Shown here one piece after another: positions 50,201 through 63,099 of a DNA stretch of 64,000 nucleotides. Both the position numbers and the translations under genes were made by a program. The DNA comes from Nemertoderma westbladi. Taxonomy: Eukaryota > Animalia > Xenacoelomorpha. Every line of letters begins with the position of its first letter. Position 1 is the first letter of the stretch. Location of the stretch: positions 24,182 through 88,181 of the forward strand of contig JAUCBJ010006708.1 of assembly GCA_032718475.1 (NCBI GenBank), given 5' to 3'. The notes below the pieces were generated by a model. It saw nothing but the letters and a program-made list of their open reading frames with translations. It was not told where the DNA came from and made no database searches.

Positions 50201-53200
50201 GGGCTATCGTCCCCAACACCCCCACTTCTTTTCTTGGGGGCTATCGTCGCCAACACCCCCACTTCTTTTCTTGGGGGCTATCGTCCCCAACACCCCCACT
50301 CCATTTCTTGGGGGCTATCGTCCCCAACACCCCCACTTCTTTTCTTGGGGGATATCGTCCCCAACACCCCCACTTCTTTTCTTGGGGGCTATCGTCCCCA
50401 ACACCCCCACTTCTTTTCTTGGGGGCTATCGTTCCCAACACCCCCACTTCTTTTCTTGGGGGCTATCGTCCCCAACACCCCCACTTCTTTTCTTGGGGGC
50501 TATCGTCCCCAACACCCCACTTCTTTTCTTGGGGGCTATCGTCCCCAACACCCCCACTTCTTTTCTTGGGGGCTATCGTCCCCAACACCCCCACTTCTTT
50601 TCTTGGGGGCTATCGTTCCCAACACCCCCACTTCTTTTCTTGTGCTCTATCGTCCCCTACACCCCCACTTCTTTTCTCGGGGGCTATCGTCCCCAACACT
50701 CCCACTTCTTTTCTTGGGGGATATCGTCCCCAACACCCCCACTTCTTTTCTTGGGGGCTATCGTCCCCAACACCCCCACTTCTTTTCTTGTGGGCTATCG
50801 TCCCCAACACCCCCACTTATTTTCTTGGGGGCTATCGTCCCCAACACCCCCACTTCTTTTCTTGTGGGCTATCGTCCCCAACACCCCCACTTCTTTTCTT
50901 GGGGGCTATCGTCCCCAACACCCCCACTTCTTTTCTTGGGGGATATCGTCCCCAACACCCCCACTTATTTTCTTGGGGGCTATCGTCCCCAACACCCCCA
51001 CTTCTTTTCTTGGGGGCTATCGTCCCCAACACCCCCACTTCTTTTCTTGGGGGCTATCGTCCCCAACACCTCCACTTCTTTTCTTGTGGGCTATCGTCCC
51101 CAACACACCCACTTCTTTTCTTGGGGGCTATCGTCCCCAACACCCCCACTTCTTTTCTTGGGGGCTATCGTCCCAAACACCCCCACTTCTTTTCTTGGGG
51201 GCTATCGTCCCAAACATCCCCACTTCTTTTCTTGGGGGCTATCGTCGCCAACACCCCCACTTCTTTTCTTGGGCGTTATTGTCCCCAACACACCCACTTC
51301 TTTTCTTGGGGGCTATCGTCCCCAACACCCCACTTCATTTCTTGGGGGCTATCGTCCCCAACACCCCCACTTCTTTTCTTGGGGGATATCGTCCCCAACA
51401 CCACCACTTCTTTTCTTGGGGGATATCGTCCCCAACACCCCCACTTCTTTTCTTGGGGGCTATCGTCCCCAACACCCCCACTTCTTTTCTTGGGGGCTAT
51501 CGTCGCCAACACCCCCACTTCTTTTCTTGGGGGCTATCGTCCCCAACACCCCCACTTCTTTTCTTGGGGGCTATCGTCCCCAACACCCCCACTTCATTTC
51601 TTGGGGGCTATTGTCCCCAACACCCCTGCTTCTTTTCTTGGGGGCAATCGTCCCCAACACCCCCACTTCTTTTCTTGGGGGCTATCGTCCCCAACACCCC
51701 CACTTCTTTTCTTGGGGGCTATCGTCGCCAACACCCCCACTTATTTTCTTGGGGGCTATCGTCCCCAACACCCCCACTTCTTTTCTTGGGGGCTATCGTC
51801 CCCAACACTCCCACTTCATTTCTTGGGGGCTATTGTCGCCAACACCCCCACTTCTTTTCTTGGGGGCTATCGTCCCCAACACCCCCACTTCTTCTCTTGG
51901 GGGCTATCGTCCCCAACACCCCCACTTATTTTCTTGGGGGCTATCGTCGCCAACACCCCCACTTCTTTTCTTGTGGGCTATCGTCCCCAACACCCCCACT
52001 TCTTTTCTTGGGGGCTATCGTCCCCAACACCCCCACTTCTTTTCTTAGGGGATATCGTCCCCAACACCCCCACTTCTTTTCTTGGGGGCTATCGTCCCCA
52101 ACACCCCACTTCTTTTCTTGGGGGCTATCGTCGCCAACACCCCCACTTCTTTTCTTGGGGGCTATCGTCCCCAACACCCCCACTTCTTTTCTTGGGGGCT
52201 ATCGTCCCCAACACCCCCACTTCATTTCTTGGGGGCTATCGGCCCCAAGACCCCCACTTCTTTTCTTGGGGGATATCGTCCCCAACACCCCCACTTCTTT
52301 TCTTGGGGGCTATCGTCCCCAACACCCCCACTTCTTTTCTTGGGGGCTATCGTCCCCAACACCCCCACTTCTTTTCTTGGGGCCTATCGTCCCCAACACC
52401 CCCACTTCTTTTCTTGGGGACTATCGTCCCCAACACCCCCACTTCTTTTCTTGTGGGCTATCGTCCCCAACACCCCCACTTCTTTTCTTGGGGGCTATCG
52501 TCCCCAATACCCCCACTTCTTTTCTTGGGGGCTATCTTCCCCAACACCCCCACTTCTTTTCTTGGGGGCTATTGTCCCCAACACCCCCACTTCTTTTCTT
52601 GGGGGCTATTGTCCCCAACACCCCCACTTATTTTTTGTGGGCTATCGTCCCCAACACCCCCACTTATTTTCTTGGGGGCTATCGTCCCCAACACCCCCAC
52701 TTCTTTTCTTAGGGGATATCGTCCCCAACACCCCCACTTCTTTTCTTGGGGGCTATCGTCCCCAACACCCCTACTTCTTTTCTTGGGGGATATTGTCCCC
52801 AACACCCCAACTTCTTTTCTTGGGGGCTATCGTCCCCAACACCCCCACTTCTTTTCTTGGGGGCTATCGTCGCCAACACCCCCACTTCTTTTCTTGGGGG
52901 CTATCGTCCCCAACACCCCCACTCCATTTCTTGGGGGCTATCGTCCCCAACACCCCCACTTCTTTTCTTGGGGGATATCGTCCCCAACACCCCCACTTCT
53001 TTTCTTGGGGGCTATCGTCCCCAACACCCCCACTTCTTTTCTTGGGGGCTATCGTCGCCAACACCCCCACTTCTTTTCTTGGGGGCTATCGTCCCCAACA
53101 CCCCCACTTCTTTTCTTGGGGGCTATCGTCCCCAACACCCCCACTTCATTTCTTGGGGGCTATTGTCCCCAACACCCCTGCTTCTTTTCTTGGGGGCAAT

Positions 53201-54030
53201 CGTCCCCAACACCCCCACTTCTTTTCTTGGGGGCTATCGTCCCCAACACCCCCACTTCTTTTCTTGGGGGCTATCGTCGCCAACACCCCCACTTATTTTC
53301 TTGGGGGCTATCGTCCCCAACACCCCCACTTCTTTTCTTGGGGGCTATCGTCCCCAACACTCCCACTTCATTTCTTGGGGGCTATTGTCGCCAACACCCC
53401 CACTTCTTTTCTTGGGGGCTATCGTCCCCAACACCCCCACTTCTTCTCTTGGGGGCTATCGTCCCCAACACCCCCACTTATTTTCTTGGGGGCTATCGTC
53501 GCCAACACCCCCACTTCTTTTCTTGTGGGCTATCGTCCCCAACACCCCCACTTCTTTTCTTGGGGGCTATCGTCCCCAACACCCCCACTTCTTTTCTTAG
53601 GGGATATCGTCCCCAACACCCCCACTTCTTTTCTTGGGGGCTATCGTCCCCAACACCCCACTTCTTTTCTTGGGGGCTATCGTCGCCAACACCCCCACTT
53701 CTTTTCTTGGGGGCTATCGTCCCCAACACCCCCACTTCTTTTCTTGGGGGCTATCGTCCCCAACACCCCCACTTCATTTCTTGGGGGCTATCGGCCCCAA
53801 GACCCCCACTTCTTTTCTTGGGGGATATCGTCCCCAACACCCCCACTTCTTTTCTTGGGGGCTATCGTCCCCAACACCCCCACTTCTTTTTTTGGGGGCT
53901 ATTGTCGCCAACACCCCCACTTCTTTTCTTGGGGGCTATCGTCCCCAACACCCCCACTTCTTTTCTTGGGGGCTATCGTCCCCAACACCCCCACTTCCCA
54001 CTTCTTTTCTTGGGGGCTATCGCCCCCAAA
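41291..54030. repeat. 37-bp satellite array 2 (~345 copies) with nested higher-order duplications
   Basis: Same unit as array 1. Variant patterns recur at offsets of 666, 1146, 1552, 1886 and 2623 bp; more diverged right of ~50.3 kb. Confidence 0.99.
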
Positions 54031-54531
54031 CCCCGGCATTTCCCTTAGTGCCCGTGGTGTAAGACTTTAATACCATTTTGAAATAATTAATTCATGTTTG
54101 TATCATCAGATAATAAATTGACTAAGCCTAAAGTAGGAGCTGTATTGAATGTTAACCAAATTTATATATAAATTACTACGATATTATATAATTCAACAAA
54201 ATCGTATTGAAAATATTGCAAGTAACCAGGAAATTTAATTCATTTATCAATATGTAATGCTAAACACAGAATACATATCAACGCATGTCGATTTTTCCCT
54301 GGAGAGGTATAATTTTGATTGCAACAATAATATTCATCATTAAATAACATTCCTCGAAGAAGACTATTACCTAATAATACCTGTAATTAAATCTATTAAT
54401 TATTATTATTCCAAAATTGTAACATTACTCAACGCCGTTAGTATTAACAGTGAGTTGTTATTTACAACTTTACAACTTTTGAAGACATTACAGCATTGTA
54501 TTGGCCTGTACATTTAGTATTGTATTTGGTG

Positions 54532-54624
54532 TTATTGTTTACGTGACGACGCATGACGACGTTAAGTAATGTCCACCCCCCGGACATTACTTAACGCCGT
54601 CATGGGTTACCACGTAAACAATAA
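54532..54624. repeat. Inverted repeat / hairpin with a C-rich loop
   Basis: TTATTGTTTACGTG..CATGACGACGTTAAGTAATGTCC-ACCCCCC-GGACATTACTTAACGCCGTCATG..CACGTAAACAATAA. Confidence 0.85.
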
Positions 54625-54888
54625 GTGGAAATTTGCTTGACAGCCAGATAGTCCTACTGCATTACCTCCGGTAGGCGGGGTATAGCTATTAATAACCAGT
54701 AGGGCCTACCCATATTATTATAACATGGCTCAAAACGCCGCGATAAATATAAGCTAACTGATTTATAACATAATTTATGTTATTTTTATATTTATTTGTA
54801 CAGCAACTAATATAATTTGTGCAGTTTCTATCACTTATAACATATATACAATCATTTCGTAATGTTAAAATTTTGAAATAAAACTACA

Positions 54889-55025
54889 TACATACTTGTT
54901 GCAAAGTACTTTACAGTGTTCTGATCCCCGTGGCTTTATTTTCACTCACTTACTAACATACGTTCGTGTAACAAAGCCACTCGGATCATCACACTGTAAA
55001 GTGCTACTTTACACACAAGTATGTA
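54889..55025. mobile_element. Palindromic MITE-like element
   Basis: TACATACTTGT..CTTTACAGTG..TGATCC..GTGGCTTT / AAAGCCAC..GGATCA..CACTGTAAAG..ACAAGTATGTA. Confidence 0.65.
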
Positions 55026-55302
55026 AATAGTTAAATAATTCTATAGTTAATAAAAACAGTATATCATTCCGGGGATGGAATTTATAGGTCATCTAATTAA
55101 TTGTTTAAAGATTAGCAAACAATACGATGTAATTGCATTGATAAAATCCTTAAATAAAACTTGGATATAAAATGTAAAATCGGGTTGCAAAAGATCACTT
55201 TCTGAGCTACGAAAGGAAAATTGGATACAACTTGTCTGGATACAAGCGGTCCGTTTACCTTAAAAAATAAAAAATACGAATGTGCGAAGTTAAGAACAGT
55301 CG

Positions 55303-55515
55303 TGGGGGGGGGGGGGAGGGGGGGAGTGTCCGGGGCGAAGTGTCTGGGGGGGGGGGGGGAGTGTCCGGGGGGAAGTGTCCTACTTTAACAGGGGAAACTG
55401 TCCGGGGGATAAGTGTCAGGAGGGGAAGTGTCTGGGGAGAAAGTGTCCGGGGGAAATGTCCTAGTTAAACGGGGGGGGGGGGGGGGGGGGGAGACTGTCC
55501 GGGGGAGGGGAGTGG
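55303..55515 (+). repeat. G-rich degenerate repeat (GGGGGAAGTGTCC)n
   Basis: About nine poly-G/AGTGTCC units. Confidence 0.85.
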
Positions 55516-55889
55516 TCGAACACCATAATTTTCTGTTTAATGTCAAATGCACAGCAACATAAAACGTTTTGAATCATATACAATGCGAGTGAAGGATATA
55601 TACATATACAATGCGAGTGAATATACGTGTGAAGATAATGTGTGAACAAATAAATGTTATCCATGAAATAACCTTGGTCGTTAGGGGGCGTACTAATTTA
55701 TAGATTGGAGTGTTTTTATGAGTGCAAACATCATGTATTCTTCACACGGCTGGATTTAGCTTTAAAATAACTTAGAAGATTTTTACTTTCGTTTGACGGC
55801 CATGTGAAGAAAACGTGAGAAGAAACTTTTTTTGTGAACATAACAGGTATCATGACACATATGATGTGATCAAAACATGCACCATCCCC

Positions 55890-55890
<1 letters not shown>

Positions 55891-55927
<37 letters not shown>

Positions 55928-56375
55928 ACACACACACACACACACACGTATACCGGCAAACCACTCGAAACGCTAACGTGCTCTTTTTCGTCCAAAGTGC
56001 TAACTGTTCCAGACGCATGCAAATCAACTATACACCTAACTATCAAATTCTCTGGAAGGTCGCTAGAGTACAAGGGTGGTAAAGACTACACATATACCAT
56101 AGCCCTAACTGCATTGTCTATTAATGTTGTGCTAACTGCAAACCTGAACAGTATTACTATACACCTAACTGCAAGGTCTAATTAATGTTGTGCTAACTGC
56201 AAACCCGAACAGTATTATTATACACCTAACTGCATGGTCTATTTAATGTTGTGCTAATCTGCAAACCCGAACAGTATTATTATACACCTAACTGCATGGT
56301 CAAATTAATGTTGTGCTAATTGCAAACCCGAACAGTATTATTATACTACCTAACTGCATGGTTTATTCATGTTGT
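55891..56375 (+). repeat. (CA)n tract plus 59-bp tandem units, copy A
   Basis: Unit TATACACCTAACTGCATGGTCTAATTAATGTTGTGCTAACTGCAAACCCGAACAGTATTAT; duplicated at 62472-63090. Confidence 0.92.
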
Positions 56376-56384
56376 AGGCCTACT

Positions 56385-56672
56385 TAAGTGTTTAAACAGG
56401 ATCAAACATTTCAGCATTTCTGTAATTCGTCTCGTGATCCTTATTTTGGCATTCGGCCAATTCGGCATTCGTGGGACCATGGAGCCCATAGGATACCCGA
56501 AGGATAATTGAAGAGTTATCAAAAAAGAAAGATAGGCATCTGGCTGTTATCTTTGTTGACTTCTTCAAGGCCTTTGATTCAGTCTCTCTCTCACGTATGT
56601 TCAGCATACTTTCATTATATGGGATTCCTGATGAAATTATTGCAGCAAACAGATCAGTATACGATGGTTCGA
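56385..56672 (+). mobile_element. RTE-clade LINE fragment (RT N-terminal part), sense
   Basis: LNRIK..RIIEELSKKKDRHLAVIFVDFFKAFDSVS..LYGIPDEII. Confidence 0.85.
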
Positions 56673-56674
56673 CA

Positions 56675-57882
56675 CTACTACTACTAGGATCGGCATGCTG
56701 CATTGCAGCTGCATTTTTAAGAATGCTGTGCCGGCTTGTCAACAAAATTGCACCGCCACAACTCCCTATCACCCATGACATTTGCTAGATCATCCGCATC
56801 TTCAAGGCCAGTGTCCTTTAAGATGCGTCTCAAGAAAGTCATGGGCTGTCCACCATGCTTATTCACTCCATGAGGCTGCCAAAGTACAAGATTATGCACT
56901 GGCTGATCCTCACGGCGAAAGCAATGTCCTGCAAAGCGGAGGCGATTTTGTTCTAGTGTCAAGCTTGGGGGAACCAATGAGACACCTCCAATGTTATATA
57001 GTGTCTGGTTGGAGATGTGTGCATTGTACTTGACACAATGAACCGGCGTAGCATTCTTGTGAATGTGCCATCCAGAGATTTGGTGTCCTCAGCAGTTAGA
57101 GCCCAGCATGGACTCCCATAGAGGAGTACTGGAACTACTGCTGCTCTAAATAATCGGACCTTAAGTTTCCGATTAATTCTAGGTGACTTGCAAATCCTGG
57201 AAAGCCTATTCAAGGCTGCCCATGCCTTTCCCTTACGTATTCGAAGGTCCTCACCTGACTTCCGGATCCATGATCCCAGGTAACAGAAGTCGTCCACATG
57301 CTCAAGCATACCATCCTTTGAGCTTATGCTCATCCGATCAGAGACTTGCTGAGGACTTTCAAAGTTAACTGTCAAAATTTTGGTCTTTCTGGAGTTAATA
57401 AAAAGACCAACACTAGAAGCAGCATGTTCTAATGAGCTGAGGAGCCGTTTGGCTCCCTATAATGATTCTGAGAGTACTCCTAAGTCATCAGCAAAGTCTA
57501 GATTAGTTAGGTACTTGGCAGGATTTCCTCGACTTCTGGAGCCAGTAGGTGGAGTTATCATCACCCCATCATCATTATGATGATCTAAGGACATGCGTAG
57601 AACATAGTCAACCACAATAATGAACAAGAATGGTGCAAGTGTGTCTCCTTGGAGGACGACCCATAACACTTCAAATGGTTCTGTGTCACCGTCAACAGTA
57701 GACACAAATGTTGTCGAACCATCGTATACTCATCTGATTGCTGCAATAATTTCATCAGGAATCCCATATAATGAAAGTATGCTGAACATACGTGAGCGAG
57801 AGACTGAATCAAAGGCCTTGAAGAAGTCAACAAAGATAACAGCCAGATGCCTGTCGTTCTTTTTTTATATTCTTCAATTATC
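56675..57882 (-). mobile_element. 5'-truncated RTE-clade LINE, antisense, with (TAG)n tail; frameshifted
   Basis: VDFFKAFD, VLQGDTLAPFLFIIVVDYVLR, LDFADDL, FCYLGSWI, LKVRLFRAAVVPVLLYGS, RLRFAGHCFR. CTACTACTACTA at 56675-56686 is the tail. Confidence 0.92.
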
Positions 57883-58408
57883 GACGACTTCTGTTACCTG
57901 GGATCATGGATCCGGAAGTCAGATGAGGACCGTCGAATACGTAAGGGAAAGCATTGGGCAGCCTTGAATATGCTTTGCAGGATTTGGAAGTCACCGAGAA
58001 TTAATCGGAAACTTAAGGTCCGATTATTTAGAGCAGCAGTAGTTCCAGTACCTCTCTATGAGAGTCCATGTTGGGCTCTAACTGCTGAGGACACCAAATC
58101 TCTGGATGGCACATTTACAAGAATGCTACGCCGGGTACATTGTGTCAAGTACAATGCACACATCTCCAACCAGACACTATATAACATTGGAGGTGTCTCA
58201 TTGGTTCCCCCAAGCTTGACACTAGAACAAAATCGCCTCCGCTTTGCAGGACATTGCTTTCACCGTGAGGACCAGCCAGTGCATAAACTTATACTTTGGC
58301 AGCCTCATGGACTGAATAAGCATGGTGGACAGCCCATGACTTTCTTGAGACGCATCTTAAAGGACACTGGCCTTGAAGATGCGGATGATCTAGCAAATGT
58401 CATGGGTG

Positions 58409-59650
58409 CAGGGTTGATAAAAATCATGATTTTTTTTTAATCAAAAAAATCAGATTTTTTTTATTTAAATCAGATTTATTTGATTTAAATCAGATTTTTT
58501 TTCATTTAAATCGGGTGACTAAAAAGCAAAGACCCAAATAACAAAGACCTGTATGAAACACATGTGTTAACTTTCGTTTATTGTTTTGGTTCCCCAAACA
58601 CGCCTCTGTAACCTGCTCCTTTACTAACCTGCTCCTGTAAATGGCAATGGGACCTAACGCTATATGGCAATGGGACCTAATCCCCTTTAGGACGTAACGC
58701 GACTTTATATCTTTGTTTTGTACAGGTGCCAAAGAGCGTTAGGTTACATTGCATTTAAAGGAACAGGTTAGTAAAGGAGCATGTTACAGAGGCTTGTTGG
58801 GGGAACCAAAACAATAAACGAAAGTTAACACATGTTTCAAAGATTATGCAGGTCTTTATTATTTAGGTCTTTGGTCTTTGTTTTGTAGTCACCCATTTAA
58901 ATCACTTTTTTCTTATTTAAATCAGATTTTTTTATTTAAATCAGATTTTATATTTAAACAATCGGAAGACTTCTGGCTTCATCAATGCACTAATGTTTAA
59001 AAAAAAACCGAAAAACCGGGATCCCAGCGAAATATCGAATCTCAATTCCGACTTTTTTGAAACGGGATCCCGAAGTTTAAATGGTTAAATAAATTTGTTG
59101 AACATCTAAAAAAAGTTCCAGCAGAACGGAAATGTTTTGATTATATCTAATTTTTATTTCAGTAAACCATCCAGTAATCAATTATAAGATAATTTTAATA
59201 TAACTTTATCTTACTAATATTTCAGAAAAGTTTAAAATAAAGTGAGTGTTACTGAAAACCTGCCTCATATACTATTAACTTTGATGAATTTAATCCAAAA
59301 TTGCAATACCGATCCCGTAAAACGGGATCTCGAGAGGAATAATCCCGGTCCCGATCCCGGAAATCCCGAAAAGTCTGAATTCGAATATAAACTAAATAAA
59401 CAACAAACTGAATAGAACTCTAAAGTACAACTTAATTAATGGGCCTGTGAATACTGTATGGTATTGGAAATGCGAGATGATACTGTATTTTCATGCAAAT
59501 ATTTAGGTAATTTGAATCATTTATTAATAATCAGTAATGCAATGTTTATCCTGGCCTTAAAGCATGATTGATAAAATTCATGATTTTAAAAAAATCAAAA
59601 CTATCTGATTTTTTTTTATTTTTATATGTGATTTAATTCAAACAACCCTG
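58409..59650. mobile_element. Non-autonomous hAT-type element
   Basis: Termini CAGGGTTG / CAACCCTG. Exact 8-bp TSD CATGGGTG at 58401-58408 and 59651-59658; AAATCAGATTT subterminal repeats. Confidence 0.92.
58513..58894. mobile_element. Mutator-like foldback MITE nested in the hAT element
   Basis: GGGTGACTA...TAGTCACCC with ~150-bp inverted arms. Exact 9-bp TSD ATTTAAATC at 58504-58512 and 58895-58903. Confidence 0.88.
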
Positions 59651-60685
59651 CATGGGTGATAGGGAGTTGTGGCGGCGCAATTTTGTCGACAAGCCGGCAC
59701 AGCATTTTTAAAAATGCAGCTGCAATGCAGCATGCCGATCCTGGCTAGTTGGCATTCGGGATACCTGATTTTTCATTTGTCAGAAAAACTTGTCAAAGAT
59801 TACAGTAGTGACGATATGAAACTTGGTTTTGAAAATTTCAGATCAGTTTATAGGTCTATTTATTGTAAGGGAATGTTATATTAAATTTGGTAATGGATCA
59901 TCATTTTACAGTAACGGATTCAAAACAAAACTTGGGAAAAAGACTCCTGGGAAAATTCTAAGAGATACAAAATATCAAAATTGCTGTAGCTCCTATATAA
60001 TAATTCAAGGCTATTCATTTGAATCAGTGCAATGAGATGAGTCATATTTCAGTTAATGATGCAACTAATGCTTCATATTTTTCATCAAAATTATTATTAT
60101 ACAGTATATCTTGTGTTTTATCAGTGTCCACGATATATTAGTTAGGTGCGGCTCCAATTCTTGGACTGTGTTAATTTATTTTCCCCCGGCACTTTAGAAT
60201 TATCCGGATTGGTTTTGAAACGTTGCTTTAATATGATAATTTCACTATGACTCCTTTCATTATCTTTTCATAAGATCAAAATTTCTAAAATGATCGCATA
60301 ATTAACATTTTTATATTTAATTTCTCCTACGCGGATAGAATTCACTCAAGGGAATTATTTATGTGGGTTTAAGTTACTCTGAGCAGCCTATCATTATAGT
60401 GAATTTTAATTGTTTTGAATTTTAACAATTGTTAATTATTAATCTGACGCATATTATATTTATTGTTTCACTAACTAATTTCACCAATTTACAACCCAAA
60501 TTAAATTTGCCACAGTTTGAGTTTGTGTTTTATGTATTTTATTATATCTCAACAATAGACGAAACGAGGAAATATTCTAATAACGATTGTCTATCTATGT
60601 GTAAGTTTTCCATTTCACCATTCTTATTCGTTTCAGTCTGGGAATAAATTTCGGTTTGCCTATGTTTCATTAGACTAGTTGTCAA

Positions 60686-60925
60686 TGTCCAGGTAAGAAA
60701 CCATTAGGTTTCCATGACAATACAAAATTATCGGGTTAGGACTTTGTATAAAGTACTTTCAAAAGAAAGTATAAGTTAGGACTTTAGCGCTCCCGGAGTT
60801 TATGCAAACGGTTTTATTTTTGTGTTCGATGTGAAATTGGTTATTTGCGAAACTGAGGGGTATTCGCAATCAATATTTTCGGTCTTACAATCATTTAGCA
60901 CTTAGTACAAATTGAATATAAGTGT
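60686..60925 (+). repeat. ~250-bp direct repeat, copy 1 (copy 2 at ~61893-62175)
   Basis: ATGTCCAGGTAAGAAACCATTA..TTATCGGGTTAGGACTTTGTATA..GGGTATTCGCAAT..ATCATTTAGCACTT is shared. Confidence 0.85.
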
Positions 60926-61892
60926 GATTGACTAACCAACGAAAATTAAAATAACACGAGAGAAAGTAAAAAACATTATTGATAATAGGTAAAAAAAATT
61001 AAAATATAGCAGACAATAAAAGTCAGAAAAACCGACGTAATGATTTATGTAAAGGAACTTTCATATTTTACCGATTTATAACTGATGTTACACGAATAAT
61101 GATTGAATTGTATTATTTTTTCCTGCAAATATTGTAAATTGATAAAAGTGAAACTATAACTATTTTACATGATTGTGTGAAAGGTTTCACATAAGCAGTA
61201 TTTATGTACCGAGCGAGGGTGGCGAGGGATGTTTCCATAAATATACAAGGGTCATTCATTCATAAACGTTGACAGTGCCCTTTTCACAAAATGGTGCCAT
61301 TTTGTTAAATTATGTCAATTTAAGGGCGTTCTGAATGCTTAATTATTAGCGTTAATATTGTAATGTTTAGGAATATTAATGAAATTCATATCCTTTTTAT
61401 GCAATTAATTGCAGTTGGTACATCAACTAAACTTACACTTCGCCTAAAATCAATGGTTATCAGTAATGGGAAATACTATCAATATTTGTTATAGAAGTTT
61501 ATTGTTACTAAGTTAGTGATTATTACTTAGCTGCGTTACGAGGATATCACCACATCGAGAAGTTGTTAATTTTCATAAAAATAGCGCACGTTTAGGTACG
61601 CCTATAATGCACTAATTATTGCAATTTACCTGCTATAAAAGAAAAGGCAACTTTGTGGAATAAAATTACGCATTACTCTACATAAAAACAAATAGAGTTT
61701 TCTCTTTAACCATAAAATTGTTTCACTAATATTTTCACAAATTTAGAACCTCAATTTGGGGTATCTCAACAATTAGACCGGATGAATTTTGAAATAACGA
61801 TTGTCAATATATCTAGGTATTTCCATTCCACGGCAATCACTCACTACATAATAATATGTCGCCTGTGCAATAAATTGAAATACATTGTATGG

Positions 61893-62175
61893 ATGTCCAG
61901 GTAAGAAACCATTACGTTTCCATGACAATACACAGTTATCGGGTTAGGACTTTGTATAGAGTACTTTCAAAGACTATCTAAAAGTAATAAGTTAAGACTT
62001 TAGCGCCCCCGCAGTTTGTGCAAAACGCTTTTATTATTAGGTTATACGTGTACAATTGGCTATTCGCGAAACGGAGGGGTATTCGCAATTAACATTCAGC
62101 GAGTTAGCGTATTAGGGTATTTGCGGTCTTATAATCATTTAGCACTTGGTAGTTGGTACAAATGGAATGTAAGTG
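61893..62175 (+). repeat. ~250-bp direct repeat, copy 2
   Basis: See copy 1. Confidence 0.85.
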
Positions 62176-62471
62176 TAAGAAGTGTGTTTGTAAGTTAGCA
62201 TTATGGCCATTCCATACTCTTGAGTGTTTAAGTGTGTTTGAAAAGTACCAGTTCCCATAATGCCGCTAAGGGGGGCCAAGTTTTTCATACACATGACACA
62301 CTGGACTGCAAAAGTGGTAAAATGCTAACTTGTGGGAAATGGTCTAAAAAACGTTTTGACAAAGTTTCAGATTGCAAGGACCACGAGTTAGCACTTTGAG
62401 TTAGCACTTTGGAAAAGTTAGCACAATAGCGGAAAAAGAGCTTGCAAAGTTAGCCCTTTGGTATATTTGCC

Positions 62472-62485
62472 AACACACACACACA

Positions 62486-62562
<77 letters not shown>

Positions 62563-63090
62563 CACACACACCCCCCCCCACACACACACACACACACATG
62601 AATACCGGCAAACCACTCGAAACGCTAACGTGCTCTTTTTCGTCCAAAGTGCTAACTGTTCCAGACGCATGCAAATCAACTATACACCTAACTAACAAAT
62701 TCTCTGGAAGGTCGCTAGAGTACAAGGGTGGTAAAGACTACACATATACCATAGCCCTAACTGCATTGTCTATTAATGTTGTGCTAACTGCAAACCAGAA
62801 CAGTATTACTATACACCTAACTGCAAGGTCTAATTAATGTTGTGCTAACTGCAAACCCGAACAGTATCATTATACACCTAACTGCAAGGTCTAATTAATG
62901 TTGTGCTAACTGCAAACCCGAACAGTATTATTATACACCTAACTGCATGGTCTATTTAATGTTGATCTAACTGCAAACCCGAACAGTATTATTATACACC
63001 TAACTGCATGGTCTAATTAATGTTGTGCTAACTGCAAACCCGAACAGTATTATTATACACCTAACTGCATGGTTTATTCCTGTTGTAGGC
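62472..63090 (+). repeat. (CA)n tract plus 59-bp tandem units, copy B
   Basis: Near-identical to copy A, with one extra 59-bp unit. Confidence 0.92.
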
Positions 63091-63099
63091 CTACTAACT

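Larger units (their letters stand above)
57883..59742 (+). mobile_element. RTE-clade LINE 3' part, sense, split by a hAT insertion
   Basis: DDFCYLGSWIRKS...DADDLANVMG up to 58408; resumes at 59659 (ATAGGGAGTTGTGGCGG...GCATGCCGATCCT). Confidence 0.9.

Noticed and set aside
24080-54030. 37-bp palindromic repeats with a leader, superficially CRISPR-like
   Set aside because: Units are head-to-tail with no unique spacers, there are no cas genes, and the context is eukaryotic.
41323-54070. Giant ORFs (up to 3006 aa, GAIVPNTPTSFLGGYRPQHPHFFSWGLSSPTPPLLFL)
   Set aside because: The 37-mer has no stop on the plus strand, so all three frames cycle through the same peptide; starts are non-ATG and indels are tolerated freely.
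58990-59393. Possible further nested element with CGGGAT/ATCCCG motifs
   Set aside because: No convincing TIR pair or TSD could be read.
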